NCBI GenBank assembly: GCA_018676855.1
Contig: JABHDY010000003.1
Span: 316,359 to 380,358 of the forward strand
Source: Candidatus Woesearchaeota archaeon
GTDB taxonomy: Archaea; Nanobdellota; Nanobdellia; Woesearchaeales; GW2011-AR9
Length of the DNA stretch: 64,000 nucleotides
Direction: 5' to 3'
Below, piece by piece: positions 60,074-64,000 of this stretch; positions within the stretch are counted from its first letter, which is position 1; each line of letters starts with the position of its first letter. A program made the position numbers and the translations under genes. The notes below the pieces were generated by a model. The model saw only the letters and a list, made by a program, of their open reading frames with translations, ran no database searches and had not been told where the DNA came from.

Positions 60074-60553
60074 ATGGAAGACTATTTATTAGAAGCGCGG
60101 GAAGAACTTAAACGGTTAGAACACATAATCTATGTTAGTTTGAAATACACGCGAACCGTAGACGTGATTATCAATGCAATTCAACGTATGGTAAACAATT
60201 TTGATTTGATCATTGAAGCATTTCTTGAAAAAGCGCGTGAAGAGGAAAAGATTGAAACCCTTCCAAAAAGTCCCGCATTACGAGCAACCCGTGTGGCCAC
60301 ATTATACCCAGACGATATGGAACTTGCTAAAAATCTTACATTCTATGCATTCCTTAAAAACATTTTAAATTCTAAACATGGCCGCCGAGAAGAATTTCGA
60401 CGACATGTAACACTTATCGTAGAATTAGAAAACTCTACTGTTGAAATGACCATTGATAATCTTATGAACTGTGAAAGGTTTATGCACAGGTTCTTTACAT
60501 ATGCATGGGAAACTCTCATAGGAAAACTTGAAGAAGATGAAGACGTTATATAG
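60074..60553 (+). CDS. Hypothetical alpha-helical protein (paralog B; possible HEPN-like Rx4-6H motif)
   Basis: 159 aa; motif RREEFRRH. Confidence 0.4.
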   Translation: MEDYLLEAREELKRLEHIIYVSLKYTRTVDVIINAIQRMVNNFDLIIEAFLEKAREEEKIETLPKSPALRATRVATLYPDDMELAKNLTFYAFLKNILNSKHGRREEFRRHVTLIVELENSTVEMTIDNLMNCERFMHRFFTYAWETLIGKLEEDEDVI

Positions 60554-60617
60554 GTTCTTAGAACAAAAAGATTAAATACCACACCTAATTCATGTATAGT
60601 AAAAGGGGAGAAAGATT

Positions 60618-61337
60618 ATGACAAAATTTATTGCGGTTGTGTCAGGAAAAGGCGGTGTTGGAAAAACAACGAGTGTTCTTAACATTGCGCATGCTATTGT
60701 ACAGAAAGGAAAAAAGGTTATTGTTGTTGACGCAAATCTTGCCACGCCAAACATTTCTATTCAACTTGGATTAATAGACCCACAGGGTACATTGAACAAA
60801 TTTCTGAGAAAGGAAAAAGGGTTGAAAGACATAACATATCTTCATGAAAGTGGAATATCTATAATTCCTGCATCTCCTTCCTATAGCGAATTTCAAAAAA
60901 CCAATTCACAGAATTTGCATGAAATATTTGATCATCTTGATGAAGGTGCAGATTTTGTTCTTATTGATTCACCAAGTGGATTGGGATATGATATTAACCA
61001 AATATTAAAACATAGTGATGAATCTGTTATTGTAACAAATCCTAACCTTAGTTCTGTCATGGACGCCCTGAAAACTGTCCAAGCGGCACGTGCAAACAAC
61101 AATACTGTTGTGGGAGTTATATTAAACATGACGCATAGAGGCAAACATGAATTGTCACCAGAGGAAGTCAAAAATATTCTTCATTATCCAATCCTGGCAA
61201 ATGTACGAAGGGACAGAAAAGTGCACAAGTCAGTGTACCGTCATGCGCCACTCCATTATTTATATCCACGATCACATTCTGCAAAACAGTTTAGAAACGT
61301 TGCAGAATATCTATGTTTAGATAAGCCAGTAGAATGA
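60618..61337 (+). CDS. MinD/ParA-family P-loop ATPase
   Basis: Deviant Walker A GKGGVGKTT. Confidence 0.8.
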   Translation: MTKFIAVVSGKGGVGKTTSVLNIAHAIVQKGKKVIVVDANLATPNISIQLGLIDPQGTLNKFLRKEKGLKDITYLHESGISIIPASPSYSEFQKTNSQNLHEIFDHLDEGADFVLIDSPSGLGYDINQILKHSDESVIVTNPNLSSVMDALKTVQAARANNNTVVGVILNMTHRGKHELSPEEVKNILHYPILANVRRDRKVHKSVYRHAPLHYLYPRSHSAKQFRNVAEYLCLDKPVE

Positions 61338-61831
61338 AACCAAAACGAAAAGACGAATTGAAAGAGAAAGGGTGGGACACAAGCGATATCAAAAACGCTG
61401 AAGAAATTTTAGAAAGGTCAACACGCCATGACGTATTTCTTTCTACTCTTGTGTTCTGGAGTGCACTTGTTGTCATTATTTTTGCAAACGTTGTTGTTTC
61501 TTTTGTTTTAGTTCCTTTTTTAGTTGTGTTTGATATGTGGGTATTGTACACAATAATAATCTTGTTAGCTGGAGTTGTAGGATTTTTGTACCATTTTCTT
61601 ATTTCGGACATTGGCCATCTTGAAACTAAACATCATATATTAGCGAGTATTATCGTTCCCGTTCTTGCCCTTGCAAATATGATTGTTGTTGTGGTAGTAT
61701 CAAACAGGTTTATTGAAGGCGTAGAAATAAAAAACATACCTCATAACCCTTATATTATTGCGATTGTATTTGCGGTTGCGTTTATTCTTCCAACAATAGT
61801 GTTACAAATAAAAAATAAGATTACGGGATAA
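61334..61831 (+). CDS. Membrane protein (4 TM) translationally coupled to the MinD-like ATPase
   Basis: ATGA overlap with upstream gene; four hydrophobic helices. Confidence 0.5.
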   Translation: MKPKRKDELKEKGWDTSDIKNAEEILERSTRHDVFLSTLVFWSALVVIIFANVVVSFVLVPFLVVFDMWVLYTIIILLAGVVGFLYHFLISDIGHLETKHHILASIIVPVLALANMIVVVVVSNRFIEGVEIKNIPHNPYIIAIVFAVAFILPTIVLQIKNKITG

Positions 61832-61836
61832 GATAT

Positions 61837-62178
61837 CTAACTTCCCACGCCAATCAATATTACACCACAGATTATACCAATAAGGCCAAACACTTTCCAT
61901 TTGTTTAACTTTTCTCCCAGAAACTTCATAGAAAGAAGCGTTATCCAAATATATGTTGTTGAAACTAAAGGATAGACAACACTTAGTTCTTCCCGTCGAA
62001 GAGCAAACACATAAAAAAATACTGACGCACCGTATAATACAAGGCCTGTCCAGAGAGAGAAACTTTTCCACAATTTAAAAAATGAAAATTTGTCTGCACC
62101 ACGTTTTAGTTCTAATGCACCGAATGCGCCAATAATTGATCCAAAAAGTACAAGGACGAATGCAACCATATCAACCAT
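61837..62178 (-). CDS. 4-TM DMT-superfamily (EamA/SMR-like) half-transporter
   Basis: EELSVVYPLVSTTYIW and GVILIG motifs. Confidence 0.6.
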   Translation of the reverse strand: MVDMVAFVLVLFGSIIGAFGALELKRGADKFSFFKLWKSFSLWTGLVLYGASVFFYVFALRREELSVVYPLVSTTYIWITLLSMKFLGEKLNKWKVFGLIGIICGVILIGVGS

Positions 62179-62551
62179 GGTGCGCCACCTTCTTATGAGA
62201 ATTTCCTAAACCAAGCACACTCACTGAAATGAGAATGATAATAACGCCGGCCCATTTCAAAGGATTCATAAAATCTGTTGGAAAAAGGAGTGGAGAAAGG
62301 ATACTTACCCACACATAACTTGTCGCAACAATGGGGTAGAGAACACTTAATTCTCCTTCTTTAAATGCTATTAAAAGAAACATGGCACCTAAACCGTATG
62401 CAACAAAACCAAGAATGAATGGTATGTTAAGGAGTGTAATTAAATGATCAAAGTCAATTCTAATAACTCCATACTTCCATAATATCTGTCCTACTGACGT
62501 AAATATTGTACATAGTATTGTTAAGATAATAGCTTTTTGAGTTGTCTGCAT
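62171..62551 (-). CDS. 4-TM DMT-superfamily (EamA/SMR-like) half-transporter, partner of 61837-62178
   Basis: GELSVLYPIVATSYVW motif; 8-nt overlap with partner gene. Confidence 0.6.
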   Translation of the reverse strand: MQTTQKAIILTILCTIFTSVGQILWKYGVIRIDFDHLITLLNIPFILGFVAYGLGAMFLLIAFKEGELSVLYPIVATSYVWVSILSPLLFPTDFMNPLKWAGVIIILISVSVLGLGNSHKKVAHHG

Positions 62552-62614
62552 GTAATGAAAGTAAAAAAAGAAGGTATTTAAAGATAATGGAACAGAAAAA
62601 AAATGTTGTAATCT

Positions 62615-64000
62615 TTATTTCAACAACTTTTCAATAATGGCTGCGTACGCAGGCCGTGCAATAAGAACTCCAAATGAAATACCTGCAATTGTAGTTAATG
62701 CAAAACCTTTCAATAATCCTGCACCTGCCCATAATAATGGTAACATACCCGCAAACGTGGTAAAGTATGCACCCATAACAATAAACATTGCGTTTTTAAT
62801 ACGTTTCTTCCAATCAGATATTTCTTCTCCACGAAGAGTTTCATCAGTAATAACAATTAAATGGTCAACACCAGTTCCCGCAACAACAATAATACCTGCA
62901 ATTGATGCTAAATCTAAATTCCACCGTACAAGTGACGCAAAACCAAGTATCAAGACTAATTCAGATATTAATGTAAATACCATTGGTAAGACAACTTTAA
63001 GATTTCTATATCTAATAAGTACAACAGTAACAACTGCAATAATAACAAGTAAACCAACAAGCAAAATGTTGTTAAGAAACTCTTCTCCTAAAGAAGGAGA
63101 AATGGTATCCATTTTAACAACATCTAATTTAACGGGAAGACTTCCCGTGATAAGAATAGTTTGTAACCGCTTCATATTTTGCAGAGTGTTCGTTACTGCT
63201 TCCTGTTGTGTAATTCCTGCACCAGAACCAGAAATTTGAATGTTCGTTGTTGCCCGTCCTTTTAATTCTGAACCTATACGTAACCTATCAACTTCTGAAT
63301 CGTCTAAAAATAATACTAAATCATCGCTAAGATAATTACCATCTTCTTCAGAAAGTACAGTTAATGGCGTTGTTAATTCTGCTTGCCGTTCTGCCGCTTC
63401 AGGACTTAATGTAATGGAAAAGAAAAATCTGCATGCATGGCCATCACCTGACGGAGAACATCCAACTCTTGGATCAATTCCTGAACAATCAGCACTACGA
63501 CATACGTACGTAACATCTTTTTTACCACCAAAGAAAACAGTTTCATTTCCAATCATAGCTTCAAACTTTCCTTGTCTTGCAAGTAAATCTTTTACTTCTT
63601 GTTCTGTAACACCTGCAATTTCTATTAATATAAAATGGTCACCTGACAAATCTGATGCTGCACGAACAACAATATCGCCTAAACCGTACACGTTCAATCG
63701 TTCTTTAAGATTATCAATAGTAATTTCTAAATCTTCCTCAGAAACAGCTTCTGCTGGTTTAAGAAGAACACGTGTTCCGCCTTCTAAATCTAATCCCTTT
63801 TGAATGTTCGATCCTGGCGCTTCTGAAACTTTAACACCAAAATCGACAATACCATCGTGGCCCGTTCGTGTTTGTAATGTATAAAAACCATCACTGGTTT
63901 CTACACGAACAGTTTGATTATCCCTCAATTCTGTAAGGGTTGCATAATATTCTTCAATGGACGAAACTGGCTTATTATTAATTGAAAGTATTCGTTCACG
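62615..64000 (-). CDS. secD: Protein-export membrane protein SecD (SecD/SecF family), 5'-partial (continues past window end)
   Basis: C-terminal SecD/F 6-TM domain; frame stays open upstream of the TTG listed in the ORF track through position 64000. Confidence 0.7.
   Translation of the reverse strand, partial: RERILSINNKPVSSIEEYYATLTELRDNQTVRVETSDGFYTLQTRTGHDGIVDFGVKVSEAPGSNIQKGLDLEGGTRVLLKPAEAVSEEDLEITIDNLKERLNVYGLGDIVVRAASDLSGDHFILIEIAGVTEQEVKDLLARQGKFEAMIGNETVFFGGKKDVTYVCRSADCSGIDPRVGCSPSGDGHACRFFFSITLSPEAAERQAELTTPLTVLSEEDGNYLSDDLVLFLDDSEVDRLRIGSELKGRATTNIQISGSGAGITQQEAVTNTLQNMKRLQTILITGSLPVKLDVVKMDTISPSLGEEFLNNILLVGLLVIIAVVTVVLIRYRNLKVVLPMVFTLISELVLILGFASLVRWNLDLASIAGIIVVAGTGVDHLIVITDETLRGEEISDWKKRIKNAMFIVMGAYFTTFAGMLPLLWAGAGLLKGFALTTIAGISFGVLIARPAYAAIIEKLLK

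Noticed and set aside
1-64000. Search for CRISPR arrays, tRNA genes, rRNA, IS elements or integrases
   Set aside because: No repeat-spacer periodicity. No tRNA-like T-arm (GTTCRAATC) or clover-leaf candidates in any ORF-free gap. No transposase or integrase-like ORFs.

Overview
This 64 kb window is AT-rich archaeal DNA, and the gene content fits a small-genome DPANN-type archaeon.

The core (26.5-44.1 kb, minus strand) is a near-canonical archaeal ribosomal-protein supercluster. It runs uL3-uL4-uL23-uL2-uS19-uL22-uS3-uL29-SUI1-Rpp29-uS17-uL14-uL24-S4e-uL5-uS14-uS8-uL6-L32e-L19e-uL18-uS5-uL30-uL15-SecY, then an alpha/beta hydrolase, a DUF106-like protein, L34e and L14e. Many of these ribosomal proteins carry long K/E/P-rich C-terminal extensions.

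Other housekeeping genes:
- Ribosomal proteins L35Ae, S19e, L39e, L31e and S3Ae.
- Cbf5, Pelota, PheS/PheT, Nop5-fibrillarin, RFC small subunit, Sec61beta-NAC and SecD.
- An RNase P RNA gene at about 58.1-58.5 kb that no ORF explains.

Accessory content:
- The most unusual unit is a tight five-gene plus-strand operon (9.2-13.2 kb) ending in a strong compound hairpin. It encodes a Ddl-like ATP-grasp ligase, a glutamate racemase, a class-I GATase, a C39-like papain-fold protein with Cys->Thr at the predicted catalytic position, and a class-II (Ntn) GATase.
- A HerA/DUF87 ATPase at the left edge appears frameshifted around its Walker A motif.
- A four-gene secreted/membrane operon includes a protein with a type-IV-pilin-like (class III) signal peptide.
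- A 941-aa surface protein is dense in N-glycosylation sequons.
- There are paralogous lipoproteins and membrane proteins.
- A bacterial-type GpsA is present.
- Two paralogous alpha-helical proteins (possible HEPN-like) sit next to a MinD/ParA ATPase.

No tRNA, rRNA, CRISPR array or obvious mobile element was seen.
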